64,000 nucleotides of DNA from Alphaproteobacteria bacterium. GTDB lineage: Bacteria > Pseudomonadota > Alphaproteobacteria > Rs-D84. Made by a program: the position numbers and the translations under genes. The notes under the pieces are model-generated. The model saw only the letters and a program-made list of their open reading frames with translations, was not told where the DNA came from and ran no database searches. Positions 20,020-28,993 of this stretch are shown one piece after another. Every line of letters begins with the position of its first letter. Position 1 is the first letter of the stretch. The stretch is from the NCBI GenBank assembly GCA_009784235.1, contig WRCC01000003.1, positions 72,984 through 136,983 of the forward strand, in the 5' to 3' direction.

Positions 20020-20550
20020 ATGTTAAAACTGTTAAAACCATCTTTGTTAATTGTTACTGCGTTTGTCATTGGCGGCGCATGGTTCAAGATGTCCACCCCA
20101 GATACTTGCCCAGCGATTGCATCGGATGCAAAAATTTTCGTACTGACCGGTGATGCACGCCGAATTCCGTTCGCGGCCGACCTGTTAGATGGGCATCCAT
20201 CACGCCGGCTATATATAATTGGCGTTGGCGGATATGATTATCCGTACCTGACGCCCGGCGAATTGCGCCATCAAATAAAAATAGAAAACGAATCAAAAAC
20301 AACGGCTGAAAATGCAATCGCAATTCGCGATATCGTGCGCGAACAAAACATACGGCGCATAGTACTGGTCACAACACAAGACCATATGAAGCGCAGCGAA
20401 TTATTAATCCGACGCCAATTGCCAGATGTAAAAATCATAGAATGCCCGGTTCCCCTGCACGGCACCGATGCCGCGCTGCGCCTGGAACGCTGGACATTGG
20501 AATATATGAAATATATCGGAACGATGCTGGGCGTGGAGAGCAAGAAATAG
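20020..20550 (+). CDS. DUF218 / YdcF-like (SanA/ElyC family) protein
   Basis: MLKLLKPSLLIVTAFVIG... with N-terminal TM and conserved IFVLTGD...TTQDHMKRS motifs. Confidence 0.6.
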   Translation: MLKLLKPSLLIVTAFVIGGAWFKMSTPDTCPAIASDAKIFVLTGDARRIPFAADLLDGHPSRRLYIIGVGGYDYPYLTPGELRHQIKIENESKTTAENAIAIRDIVREQNIRRIVLVTTQDHMKRSELLIRRQLPDVKIIECPVPLHGTDAALRLERWTLEYMKYIGTMLGVESKK

Positions 20551-20552
20551 TT

Positions 20553-20622
20553 TTGAAGTAGAAGGTAAGAGGTTTGAGGATATTTTTATCTTCCTACTAC
20601 CTCAAACTTCACCCCTCAAACC
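20553..20622. repeat. Palindromic element of the GAAGTAGGAAG / GTTTGAGG family (copy 2)
   Basis: gaagtagaaggtaagaggtttgagga ... tcttcctactacctcaaacttcacccctcaaacc. Confidence 0.7.
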
Positions 20623-20626
20623 TTAA

Positions 20627-20657
20627 ATAAAAAAACGCCCCAAAGGGCGTTTTTTTA
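20627..20657. terminator. Bidirectional rho-independent terminator between convergent genes
   Basis: aaaaaaacgccccaaagggcgttttttt. Confidence 0.8.
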
Positions 20658-20873
20658 TTTCGAACCGCATTTCAGTTCATTGCATTCTGTGATAATACGA
20701 CTGTACTTTCCGTTTATCCAGCCAACACAGCTGACTTTATTATCACCCTGTTCGTGACAATGATATGGGCCGTTGCCGTCGCCGGTTGGCTTTGGTGGGA
20801 CCACATTATGCGGCGACGCAATCGCAGTCGCGGCAATCATTATCATCGGCAATGCTATCAATATTTTTTTCAT
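20655..20873 (-). CDS. Small secreted Cys-rich protein (72 aa) with signal peptide
   Basis: The N-terminus MKKILIALPMIMIAATAIASP is a signal peptide. The mature part has 4 Cys. Confidence 0.4.
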   Translation of the reverse strand: MKKILIALPMIMIAATAIASPHNVVPPKPTGDGNGPYHCHEQGDNKVSCVGWINGKYSRIITECNELKCGSK

Positions 20874-20962
20874 GTCTTGCCCTTTTTAGTTTCAATCAGT
20901 TCATATTAACCCAAAAGCCGTACATTTACAATGCCGACCTTTGGGTCTTTATACCTATATGA

Positions 20963-22225
20963 TTAGAACCCAAAGGTTACACCGGCGCGCCATGCAACGT
21001 TGCGGTCTGCATACGAACCACCGACGTTCAGCAATGTGCCGTTGTTGACATAGTGGAATGCACCAACTGCGAATCCGACTTGGTCACGATAACCACCCGT
21101 GCCGAACGACAATTGAGTATCGCCGCTGGAACGTGCATTCGGAACCAATGCAGACATCGCGGACAATCCTGCGAATCCAGCGCGCATTTCTTTGGAAATG
21201 TCGTCAACACGTTTGTCCATGCCGTCGATACGCGCATTAACTTGGCCGAATTGCGATTCCGCCCATTCATAGCTGGCGTTCAATGCGCCGACCAAGTTTG
21301 TTTGGCCGTTCATTGGGCCGACCAATGCAGACATATCACCGATATCGTCCATAGTCGCGACGTTAACACCGTTGACCGTCGGGGTCAGCGTAAAGTTAAT
21401 CGCAGATTCTGGACCTGATGTTCCTGTTGCAAAGAAGCTCATATCACCGGTTGTATCATCCAGAACGAACGAATGTTCACCGATGTGGATTTTGTTGGTG
21501 TCTGGATGACGTTTGATAAGGCTGTTCAAGCTGTCAACATCGGTTTGGATATCGCCAACTTGCGCAACAATACCGTCATTTCCGTTCGGTCCCCACAACG
21601 CTTGGTTTGCTGTTTCCAACGATGCATTGGTCGCAACCAGTTCGCTGTTCAAACCGGCAACATCATTTGACAAGTTTGTCAGATTGGTGTTAGTGGTTTG
21701 CAATTCATTGTTTGTGTTAATCAGCTCGCTGTTCAAGCCAGCCAGACCGTTGTTCAAAGTATCGAATCCATCGACAACCGCCTGGTTCAGGTTGGCCAAA
21801 TCGGTACCTTGCTGATTAACTTGGGTTTGCAAACCAGCAATGTCCGAAGCATTGGTTGCGGTTTGCGCAACAATACCGTCATTTCCATTCGGACCCCACA
21901 AAGCTTGGTTTGCAGTTTCCAAGGAAGCATTTGTTGCAACCAATTCGCTGTTCAAGCCAGCAACGTCATTTGACAGGTTTGTCAAATTGGCATTTGTGAT
22001 TTGCAATTCGTTGTTGGTGTTAACCAATTCCGAATTCAATCCGGCCATTCCAGTATTGATGGTTGAAAAGCCATCGACAACTGCTTGGTTCAAATTGGCC
22101 AAATCGGTGGCAATGTCCGCATGCGCAGCATTAAATGCGAATACAGCGGTTGCCGCCAATATTGAGATTTTAAGTTTGTTCATTACTTTCTCCGTTATGT
22201 TAGAGGTTTTGTATAATTCTTCCAT
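20963..22225 (-). CDS. Trimeric autotransporter adhesin (YadA-like C-terminal membrane anchor) with coiled-coil passenger repeats
   Basis: The C-terminal ~90 aa (ALVGPMNGQTNLVGALNASYEW...GGSYADRNVAWRAGVTFGF) resemble a YadA anchor. A signal peptide is present. The passenger holds two tandem 102-aa repeats. Confidence 0.75.
   Translation of the reverse strand: MEELYKTSNITEKVMNKLKISILAATAVFAFNAAHADIATDLANLNQAVVDGFSTINTGMAGLNSELVNTNNELQITNANLTNLSNDVAGLNSELVATNASLETANQALWGPNGNDGIVAQTATNASDIAGLQTQVNQQGTDLANLNQAVVDGFDTLNNGLAGLNSELINTNNELQTTNTNLTNLSNDVAGLNSELVATNASLETANQALWGPNGNDGIVAQVGDIQTDVDSLNSLIKRHPDTNKIHIGEHSFVLDDTTGDMSFFATGTSGPESAINFTLTPTVNGVNVATMDDIGDMSALVGPMNGQTNLVGALNASYEWAESQFGQVNARIDGMDKRVDDISKEMRAGFAGLSAMSALVPNARSSGDTQLSFGTGGYRDQVGFAVGAFHYVNNGTLLNVGGSYADRNVAWRAGVTFGF
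21547..22105. repeat. Tandem direct repeat (306-bp unit, about 1.8 copies) inside the adhesin gene
   Basis: The protein segment DLANLNQAVVDGF...ALWGPNGNDGIVAQ occurs twice. The ORF-track fragments 21513.. and 21840.. are near-identical on the opposite strand. Confidence 0.8.
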
Positions 22226-22486
22226 AATACATATGAACGATGCGGCCGCGAATCAACACACGATCGCATCGCCCCGTCCTTTTTGTCCTAGGAATGTTTT
22301 CCATGATAATACTAAATATACAAAAGTCTAGTAAATTATTCCCATTGTCAAATACTACATTAAATATATAAAATCGGCCCCGGAACTGGGTCCGCCTGCC
22401 CCATAAAACATGGCAGATTATCCCCCGATCCAGATTTTCATTGATTACCCTTGAAAACATTCATACATTGCGATATCATTGCCGCC

Positions 22487-23200
22487 ATGTTACGAACATT
22501 CATATTTTATGTCGCATTTGCTTTATTTTGGATTGGGCTTGGCGTACTGCACTTATTCGCATTGCCATCGCGCCATTTGACGCGAAAACTATTCGTATTG
22601 AATGCTATGGGTTTGCTTTGGTTGGCGCGCGTTATTACCGGTATAAAATATGAAATCCACATGGCACGGCCAGAACCAGATAAACATTTACGAATAAAAT
22701 CCGACAATAATCATGCGCGAAGTGATGGCAAAGCAATAATTGCGGCAAAACACATGTCTATTTTGGAATCTGCAGTCCTGATTATGACAGTACCGAATGC
22801 TTTCTTTATAATAAAGCGCGAATTAATGTGGATTCCAATTTTCGGTTGGGCCGCGGCCAGAATCGGATACGTACCCGTGAACAGGAATTCCGGCACGACA
22901 AATATGAAAAAATTGCTGAATACTGTCGCAAAAAAAATCATCGCGGGCGACCGATTGATTATATATCCAGAAGGCACGCGCGCCGCACCGGGCGCACCCG
23001 TAAAACTGCGCCGCGGATTATTGTTTATTGCGGAAAGCTTGAAATTACCAATCCAACCCGTTGGCACAGATTCTGGATTATATTGGCCAAAGCGGGGAAT
23101 TATGCGTCCTGGTACTGCGAATGTCTGGTTCGAACCAATGTTGCCGTACAATGCGACGCTGGAACAAATCAGCGATGCAATTGGCCGATACAGTGCATAA
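22487..23200 (+). CDS. plsC: 1-acyl-sn-glycerol-3-phosphate acyltransferase (PlsC-like). The ATG is at 22487; the ORF track starts at a TTG at 22451.
   Basis: An H(X4)E acyltransferase box (AAKHMSILESAV) and the IYPEGTR motif. Confidence 0.8.
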   Translation: MLRTFIFYVAFALFWIGLGVLHLFALPSRHLTRKLFVLNAMGLLWLARVITGIKYEIHMARPEPDKHLRIKSDNNHARSDGKAIIAAKHMSILESAVLIMTVPNAFFIIKRELMWIPIFGWAAARIGYVPVNRNSGTTNMKKLLNTVAKKIIAGDRLIIYPEGTRAAPGAPVKLRRGLLFIAESLKLPIQPVGTDSGLYWPKRGIMRPGTANVWFEPMLPYNATLEQISDAIGRYSA

Positions 23201-23232
23201 AAAACCGGCAAAAGCCGGATTTTTTTAACATA

Positions 23233-23358
23233 CAGTGTAAAAGTGTAATCGAAAAATTACTGTGTAATTTTTCTAGTGTAACAGTGATTGTGTCGCGTAA
23301 AACGCGACGACTATAAATTTTACACTTTTTACACTCTTACGTTTTTACACTAAAAAAT
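23233..23358. repeat. ~125-bp intergenic repeat element (copy 2 of the GTGTAAAAG / GTCGCG-N-CGCGAC / TTACACTTTT family)
   Basis: cagtgtaaaagtgtaa ... gtcgcgtaaaacgcgac ... tttacactttttacactcttacgtttttacactaaaaaat. It has the same architecture as 7168..7302. Confidence 0.75.
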
Positions 23359-23388
23359 TAAACCCGCATTGCGGGTTTAATTTTTTTT
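23358..23388. terminator. Bidirectional rho-independent terminator
   Basis: aaaaaa-ttaaacccgcattgcgggtttaa-tttttttt. Confidence 0.8.
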
Positions 23389-23607
23389 CGGGTCTTCAAT
23401 ATTAGCAAGTGAATAAAGCACCGATGATATTAATGATTGATACGGAACGTGTTGGGCGTCGGCCAATTCTTTGATTTTTTCCAAAACCGGTTTCGGAATA
23501 CGCATATTGATAACTGAATCAGAACGATTAAATGCGCGATAAGCCGCATATTCTTTCAGCAATGAATCAATGTTCATAACGAACAACTGCTGCATTACAT
23601 TCGGCAT
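23377..23607 (-). CDS. RHH (CopG/BrnA-like) antitoxin-type protein with no recognisable partner toxin. The ATG is at 23607; the ORF track starts at a GTG at 23628.
   Basis: NMRIPKPVLEKIKELADAQHVPYQSLISSVLYSLA matches the BrnA/COG3514-type ribbon-helix-helix pattern (RLP..L..lK..A...GIPYQ.LI...L). Confidence 0.5.
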   Translation of the reverse strand: MPNVMQQLFVMNIDSLLKEYAAYRAFNRSDSVINMRIPKPVLEKIKELADAQHVPYQSLISSVLYSLANIEDPKKN

Positions 23608-23750
23608 CCTTGACTCCTTCTGCCACACTTGCCATCACAACCGCCAATACTGGCGTATTTACGAATGACTATATCAATGTATTTACAGATGTCAATACAT
23701 TTGTATAGCGGTCTGTATTGCCGGCTGTAATGGCGATTGTGTGGGCTTTT

Positions 23751-23804
23751 GTAGGGGCGCGTACTTGCGCCCTTTAATAATGGGGCGCAAGTACGCGCCC
23801 CTAC
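23751..23804. repeat. REP-like palindromic element, copy C (perfect 22-bp inverted repeat with a 9-nt loop)
   Basis: gtaggggcgcgtacttgcgccc-tttaataat-ggggcgcaagtacgcgcccctac. Confidence 0.85.
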
Positions 23805-23886
23805 AATTACAATTATTATTTGCATTTCCCCTGCCCCCGCGCTAAAATCGCGCCGAACGTTTATATATAAAAGGAAAGGAATTTTT

Positions 23887-25203
23887 ATGATAAAAAAACT
23901 ATTCGCAATATTTGCCTTATGCATTATGCCCTATGCCTTGTCAGCTGCATTAAAAGTCGACATCATCGCCGGCAATGTCGAACCGATTCCGATTGCAATC
24001 CAAAAATTCGAATCATCTGCTGCAAATGCCAAAGATGCTGAAACCATGCGCGGCATTGTTGAAAATAATTTGCGCACGTCCGGACTGTTCCGAATAATCA
24101 GCCGTGATGCACATCCGGAACACGCGCCATTTGATTCCGTGCCCAAATTCCAAAACTGGTCAATGATAAAGGCCCAGGCATTGGTCCAGGCGAAACTGGA
24201 AAACACGCCCGATGGCAATTATCGCCTGTCATTCTATTTATGGGATGTTAATGGCAAAGAACAAATCGAAGCACAAACATTGGTATCAACCAAAAAATCT
24301 ATGCGCCGATTGGCCCATATTATGTCCGATGCGATTTACGAACGCCTGACTGGCGAAGTCGGATACTTTGATACGCAAATTGTTTTCATCGCCGAATCCG
24401 GTCCAATGTCCGACCGAATAAAACGATTGGCCATTATGGACAGCGACGGCCACGGATTCCGATACATGTCCGATGGCAAATCAATGGTTATGTCGCCCCA
24501 CTTTTCGCCAAACATGCAAACAATCGTATTCTTGTCGTATCGCAATAATGAGCCAACCATTTGGTCACTGGACATGAACACTGGCGAACAGCGTCGATTG
24601 GGCATTTTCGGCGGAATGACTTTTTCGCCCCGGTTTTCGCCCGACGGGACCAAGGTCGCCCTGTCCCTGGTCAATAATGGTGATACCAATATATTCGAAT
24701 ACGACCTGATGGATAAAACAATGCGACAATTAACGTTCGGTAATGGAATTAATACTTCGCCGTCGTATTCGCCGGATGGAACAAAAATGGCGTTTAATTC
24801 AAATCGTTCGGGGTCCCAGCAATTACACGTCTTGGATATGCGGAATTTGTCGGTTGACCGATTGTCATACGGCGGTGGCCGATATGCGACGCCGGCTTTT
24901 TCACCCGATGGAAATTATATCGCATTCACAAAAATCGCCGATGATACGTTTTATATTGGAATAATGTCGCCGCGCGGAAAAAATGAAAAAATACTGGCAT
25001 CTGGCTGGTATATGGAAGGTCCGTCATGGGCACCCGGTTCACGCCGCATAGTATATTATGAAACATCCAGGGTCCCGGGCGATGACGAACAACGGGCCAG
25101 CCGGATAAGAACCGTTGATATCATCGGCATGAATGATTATGAAATCAAGCTGCCCGATGGCATACACGGCACAGAACCGACCTGGTCACCAAAATTGCCG
25201 TAA
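23887..25203 (+). CDS. tolB: Tol-Pal system beta-propeller protein TolB
   Basis: 438 aa with signal peptide, N-terminal TolB domain and repeated beta-propeller blades (FSPDGTK..., YSPDGTKMAF...). Confidence 0.9.
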   Translation: MIKKLFAIFALCIMPYALSAALKVDIIAGNVEPIPIAIQKFESSAANAKDAETMRGIVENNLRTSGLFRIISRDAHPEHAPFDSVPKFQNWSMIKAQALVQAKLENTPDGNYRLSFYLWDVNGKEQIEAQTLVSTKKSMRRLAHIMSDAIYERLTGEVGYFDTQIVFIAESGPMSDRIKRLAIMDSDGHGFRYMSDGKSMVMSPHFSPNMQTIVFLSYRNNEPTIWSLDMNTGEQRRLGIFGGMTFSPRFSPDGTKVALSLVNNGDTNIFEYDLMDKTMRQLTFGNGINTSPSYSPDGTKMAFNSNRSGSQQLHVLDMRNLSVDRLSYGGGRYATPAFSPDGNYIAFTKIADDTFYIGIMSPRGKNEKILASGWYMEGPSWAPGSRRIVYYETSRVPGDDEQRASRIRTVDIIGMNDYEIKLPDGIHGTEPTWSPKLP

Positions 25204-25204
25204 A

Positions 25205-25230
25205 GTTCCCCTCCTGTGGAGGGGAACTTT
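25205..25230 (+). terminator. Hairpin between tolB and the nuclease gene; it may be an attenuator or weak terminator
   Basis: Perfect 10-bp stem gttcccctcc-tgt-ggaggggaac followed by ttt. Confidence 0.4.
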
Positions 25231-25249
25231 GCAGAGTTTGAATTAAAAA

Positions 25250-25699
25250 ATGAAAAAACTTTTTATATTTTTCACGCTGCTTATTTTTTGCGCCAGCGCG
25301 CACGCCGCACAAAAACGTATTTCCAAAAATACAATCGCAGACCCAGTTCACGCAACGGTAACTTATATAATCGATGGCGATACTTTTTCGGCGATGGTAA
25401 TTTTACGCGAAAACATTGAAATATCCGTCCGCGTCCGGTTTATAAATATCGACGCACCAGAATTATCCGGCGAATGCGAATCTGAAATCGTGGCGGCGTT
25501 CGCCGCCAAAGACCGGTTAGCGGAATTAATTCCCATCGGCGCCCCCGTTAAATTATTATCCGTCAAAGACGATAAATACCTGGGCCGAATCAACGCACAC
25601 GTCATTGATGCCAACGGTCGCGATGTTGGTGAAATAATGATGGCCGAAGGCCATGCCGTACCGTACGCCGGCGGCAAGCGTATAAATTGGAGTAAATAA
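25250..25699 (+). CDS. Secreted thermonuclease (staphylococcal-nuclease/SNase-like)
   Basis: Signal peptide MKKLFIFFTLLIFCASAHA, then the SNase pattern ...YIIDGDTF...VRFINIDAPE... and C-terminal GRINAHV...MMAEGHAV. Confidence 0.72.
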   Translation: MKKLFIFFTLLIFCASAHAAQKRISKNTIADPVHATVTYIIDGDTFSAMVILRENIEISVRVRFINIDAPELSGECESEIVAAFAAKDRLAELIPIGAPVKLLSVKDDKYLGRINAHVIDANGRDVGEIMMAEGHAVPYAGGKRINWSK

Positions 25700-25701
25700 A
25701 A

Positions 25702-25732
25702 AATGCGGCGATGCCGCATTTTTTATTTTGCT
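25702..25732. terminator. Bidirectional terminator between the nuclease gene and efp
   Basis: aaaaaatgcggcgatgccgcattttttatttt. Confidence 0.75.
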
Positions 25733-26289
25733 CGCTCTACATACTCCAGCGATTCTGTATTAACCACAACCCGTTCGCCTTGTTCTACAAATACCGGAAC
25801 TGTGATGCGGACACCGTTGTCCAGTATCGCCGGCTTGCCGCTGCCTGCTGCGGTCTGACCTTTCAGTGCTGGTTCAGTTTCTTCGATTGTTGCGATGACC
25901 GTTTTTGGCAAATTAATGGAAACCGGCATACCCGATATAAAATTCGCCATGACTTTCATTTCCGGTTGCAAGAACTTCACCTGTTCGCCCAAATCGGAAT
26001 TCGGCAATGTGAATTGTTCATAGTCCGACAAATTCATAAAGTGGCTGTCCGTGCCGTCATTGTACAAAAACTGGCATTCGATATCTTCGACCATCAGCTT
26101 TTCAACTTTATCTTCGGAACGGAATCGTTCGTTGCCTTTGGACCCCGTATCGACATCGCGCATTTCGCATTGGACGAACGCGCCGCCCTTGCCCGGTTTG
26201 ACTTTGGTGATGCCTGTGACTGAATAGCGGCGGCCGTTGTGGGAAATCACCCATCCGGCGCGAATATCATTTGCGGAAAATGTTGCCAT
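25723..26289 (-). CDS. efp: Elongation factor P (Lys-type loop KPGKGG)
   Basis: 188 aa; GITKVKPGKGGAFVQCEMRD...; carries the three EF-P domains. Confidence 0.95.
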   Translation of the reverse strand: MATFSANDIRAGWVISHNGRRYSVTGITKVKPGKGGAFVQCEMRDVDTGSKGNERFRSEDKVEKLMVEDIECQFLYNDGTDSHFMNLSDYEQFTLPNSDLGEQVKFLQPEMKVMANFISGMPVSINLPKTVIATIEETEPALKGQTAAGSGKPAILDNGVRITVPVFVEQGERVVVNTESLEYVERAK

Positions 26290-26339
26290 AATAAAACCCC
26301 TTGTTTTTCGGGGGCATTATAAACATATGGCCACAGATT

Positions 26340-26999
26340 TCAAGCTTTAATAAAAAATCGTAGATTCTGCGCAATCGTCGGTCGTGCCTTTTGTACCAAC
26401 CTGTATGCAATTTCCATAATAAACATGCTTTGAATATCAAACATCAGCATACCCGAAAAATCATCCGGCATGGTATCCAGCATTCCAAAAATCCGACCCG
26501 CGACATCGTCTGCATCCGCGCGGCCACCCACATCACGAATAATAATTCCGTCACTGCGTATTTGGGCCAAATTTGTCCATATATCCAACCAATCGAGCGG
26601 TTCGGTCTTTTGCAAATCAATTATAAAAAATAATTTTTTTCCGAAAAACAAGTCGTCGCGCACCGGCATTAATACCGGTACCAGTTCCACCGGACGACCC
26701 ACCACGGCAACACCGGCGGCGCCCCGACGCAAAACAGAGCTTATCTTTTCAGCCAAATCCAGCGCAACCGCATCCGATTTTTTCTTGGCCGATTTGACTT
26801 CGGCGATTAATTCCAGTGGCGACCGTTCCAGCCAGGGCCAAATAGTCGGCACATTTACATCATCCACCAAGACGTATTTAGTATCAATTTTAATTGCGCG
26901 CGTCGCGGCCGCGACTAAATCTGATGCATCACGCGCACCGATTGCAGACACATCTGCATGCCGCCATATTTCAGACAAAGTAGCGCTGTAATCAATCAT
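26340..26999 (-). CDS. Hypothetical protein (220 aa from MIDYSATL...). The ORF-track extension to 27212 is probably untranslated.
   Basis: Codon usage is consistent with its neighbours. It is divergent from 27046..28047 with only a ~46-bp spacer. I recognised no domain. Confidence 0.45.
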   Translation of the reverse strand: MIDYSATLSEIWRHADVSAIGARDASDLVAAATRAIKIDTKYVLVDDVNVPTIWPWLERSPLELIAEVKSAKKKSDAVALDLAEKISSVLRRGAAGVAVVGRPVELVPVLMPVRDDLFFGKKLFFIIDLQKTEPLDWLDIWTNLAQIRSDGIIIRDVGGRADADDVAGRIFGMLDTMPDDFSGMLMFDIQSMFIMEIAYRLVQKARPTIAQNLRFFIKA

Positions 27000-27045
27000 A
27001 ATACCGATTGTATCATAATATGTCAGTGTGCTATAATTATTTTTG

Positions 27046-28047
27046 ATGAAACGAAATATCGATAAATTTTTGCTGGGTCTTTTATGGGCGATTGCGCTGT
27101 TACTGGCGGCCAGCTTTTGGTTCGATATCCGTTTCGGGTTTAATATTTTTGCGCGCGCACATTGGCGGTATCTGGCGAATATCCAGACCACTGATGCACC
27201 GGTCAGCACCACATTCTATGTATCTCTGGTAATATTCACATTATTGTTGCCAATTGGGCTTTATTTGATATCACAGCCGTATCGCCGGATTCGCGCACGA
27301 CGCACCGTGCATTCAATAACACCAGATGCAGATTTGAATTATCGTGATTCACATACACCGTTGGCAGTATTGAATGCCCAGCCACCAACACCAATTACAC
27401 CGCCTGCCGCACCAGCGCCAGTTCGCCCACCAGAATTAAAAGTCCCACCGCATTTGCAACACAATATCATTCCGCAGAATCACAACGTGGCGATTGCGAC
27501 ACATGATGAACCACAAACAACTGAAATTCATCGTGACGTTTCCCACATAAAAAAAATAATATCCGACGCTGGATACATTATAAAGAAGTCGCCCAGCATT
27601 GGTGGCACGCGTCCTGACATCTGGGCGGCTGGTTCGGATGAAACCCTGATTGTCGGATTGGTTTGCGACGCGCGCGGCAAAATTGTTGTCAGCGAGGGCG
27701 GCGCATCAATGTGGAAATCGGATACTGATGGTGAATTCGAATCGCCAGTGTGGAAATTGTCGGGCATGGTTAACAAACTGCGTGCAACTTTTGATGAAAC
27801 ATTGGAAGATGATATAAAGGTAACAATTCACGCGTTCGTTGTAATGGATGGCGGCGAAATCGAAAATACCGAAACAGTCCGACCAATCTGGGATGCGTTT
27901 GATATAAGCGTATTCAATTCGCCAAACGCGTTGGCTGAATTTATGAAATCGAATCGTAACCGTGTATTACCAGAATCCGAAGCCGAAGATTTCGAAGCAT
28001 ATTCTGAATACATAGACACAGTTGGTGAATACTTTAACAGCCAGTAA
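27046..28047 (+). CDS. Membrane-anchored protein: two N-terminal TM helices, a Pro-rich linker, and a C-terminal NERD / PD-(D/E)xK-like nuclease-fold domain
   Basis: TM segments FLLGLLWAIALLLAASFWF and FYVSLVIFTLLLPIGLYLI. The linker reads PPTPITPPAAPAPVRPPELKVPP. The C-terminal region IISDAGYIIKKSPSIGGTRPDIWAAGSDETLIVGLVCDARGKIV resembles NERD. The first gene of the cassette has a TTG/ATG start at 27043/27046. Confidence 0.45.
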   Translation: MKRNIDKFLLGLLWAIALLLAASFWFDIRFGFNIFARAHWRYLANIQTTDAPVSTTFYVSLVIFTLLLPIGLYLISQPYRRIRARRTVHSITPDADLNYRDSHTPLAVLNAQPPTPITPPAAPAPVRPPELKVPPHLQHNIIPQNHNVAIATHDEPQTTEIHRDVSHIKKIISDAGYIIKKSPSIGGTRPDIWAAGSDETLIVGLVCDARGKIVVSEGGASMWKSDTDGEFESPVWKLSGMVNKLRATFDETLEDDIKVTIHAFVVMDGGEIENTETVRPIWDAFDISVFNSPNALAEFMKSNRNRVLPESEAEDFEAYSEYIDTVGEYFNSQ

Positions 28048-28052
28048 TAAAA

Positions 28053-28553
28053 ATGACAAAAACAGATGCGGAACGCCGCCTCGCAGATTTGATGATGGAC
28101 GATGTGCCGGTAATGGAAATTCCGGCGCGAATGGCCACGGTTCCATCCGATTGGTTCGAACGGTTTAAAAAAGTCCGGCGCGAATTTATGGAATCATTGT
28201 CTGATTCAATCCAAGAATTATCATTCTTGAATTTATCCCAAGAAACATTTATGCAATTGCTGATGGGACGCGCGATTCCGGAAAATTTGTCGCTTCGTTG
28301 GCGGCGACCACTGGAATACGGCGGCGAATTGGATATAAAAAATATGTTTATGTGTCCACGGTTTCCATACGGTCAAAATATGGACCGGTTTATTGCTGAA
28401 CAATCCGGCAATAATGTTTTATGGATTCCAAATCCGGCAAAAAAAATATATGTTCCGGCGCGATTACTGGGCGGTGGTCCGGGCGGCAATGCGACCAGTG
28501 ACCGATTGGCCGCACTGGCCGCGCAGTTTGCCGCAGACAGGGGAATGATATGA
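28053..28553 (+). CDS. Hypothetical cytoplasmic protein (166 aa), second gene of the cassette
   Basis: It follows the previous stop by 6 nt and overlaps the next gene through an ATGA overlap. A weak, degenerate HNH-like stretch (RRPLEYGGELDIKNMFMCP) is the only hint of function. Confidence 0.4.
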   Translation: MTKTDAERRLADLMMDDVPVMEIPARMATVPSDWFERFKKVRREFMESLSDSIQELSFLNLSQETFMQLLMGRAIPENLSLRWRRPLEYGGELDIKNMFMCPRFPYGQNMDRFIAEQSGNNVLWIPNPAKKIYVPARLLGGGPGGNATSDRLAALAAQFAADRGMI

Positions 28554-28993
28554 CACGCGAAGAATTCATTTCCGAATTAAAAAATCGCGGCGCGATTTTG
28601 ATGCCGACTGTATCAGACCGTGCGATTGAACTGGTTCAAAATGGATTACAGACAATGCGTGCGGCGATGATGTCGCTGGGACTGATTGACATTTATAAAA
28701 CCATCGGTGGTGGGATGATATTGGGCGATGCGAATATTTTCGGGCCGGAAAAAATTGACCGCGTATCCGCGAATTATGAATTGCCTGATATTGTGCAGAT
28801 TAATCGCGATGTGGCGAATATCGGGGCGCTGCGCGGCAAAACCATCATCGGCCGCAACCAAATGTTTTGGTTTGCATTTGATGCATTTGGAAATTTTTAT
28901 ATGCTGGATATTTTGAATTTTCGTATTCTTCGTAAATATGAAAATGACCCGTATCGCGCGATAATTGATTGTTTGGCGGTTGGTAAAATTTAA
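28550..28993 (+). CDS. SUKH / SMI1-KNR4-like putative immunity protein (147 aa)
   Basis: IGGGMILGDANIFGPEKI ... MFWFAFDAFGNFYMLDI resembles the SUKH core (...NGG... / ...FA.D..GN.Y..D...). The start has an ATGA overlap with the preceding gene. Confidence 0.4.
   Translation: MTREEFISELKNRGAILMPTVSDRAIELVQNGLQTMRAAMMSLGLIDIYKTIGGGMILGDANIFGPEKIDRVSANYELPDIVQINRDVANIGALRGKTIIGRNQMFWFAFDAFGNFYMLDILNFRILRKYENDPYRAIIDCLAVGKI

Noticed and set aside
23595-23924. 109-aa minus-strand ORF upstream of the RHH antitoxin-like gene, examined as a possible BrnT toxin
   Set aside because: It has no DUF497-like features. It spans the REP palindrome and the tolB promoter and ribosome-binding site, and its sequence is low-complexity.
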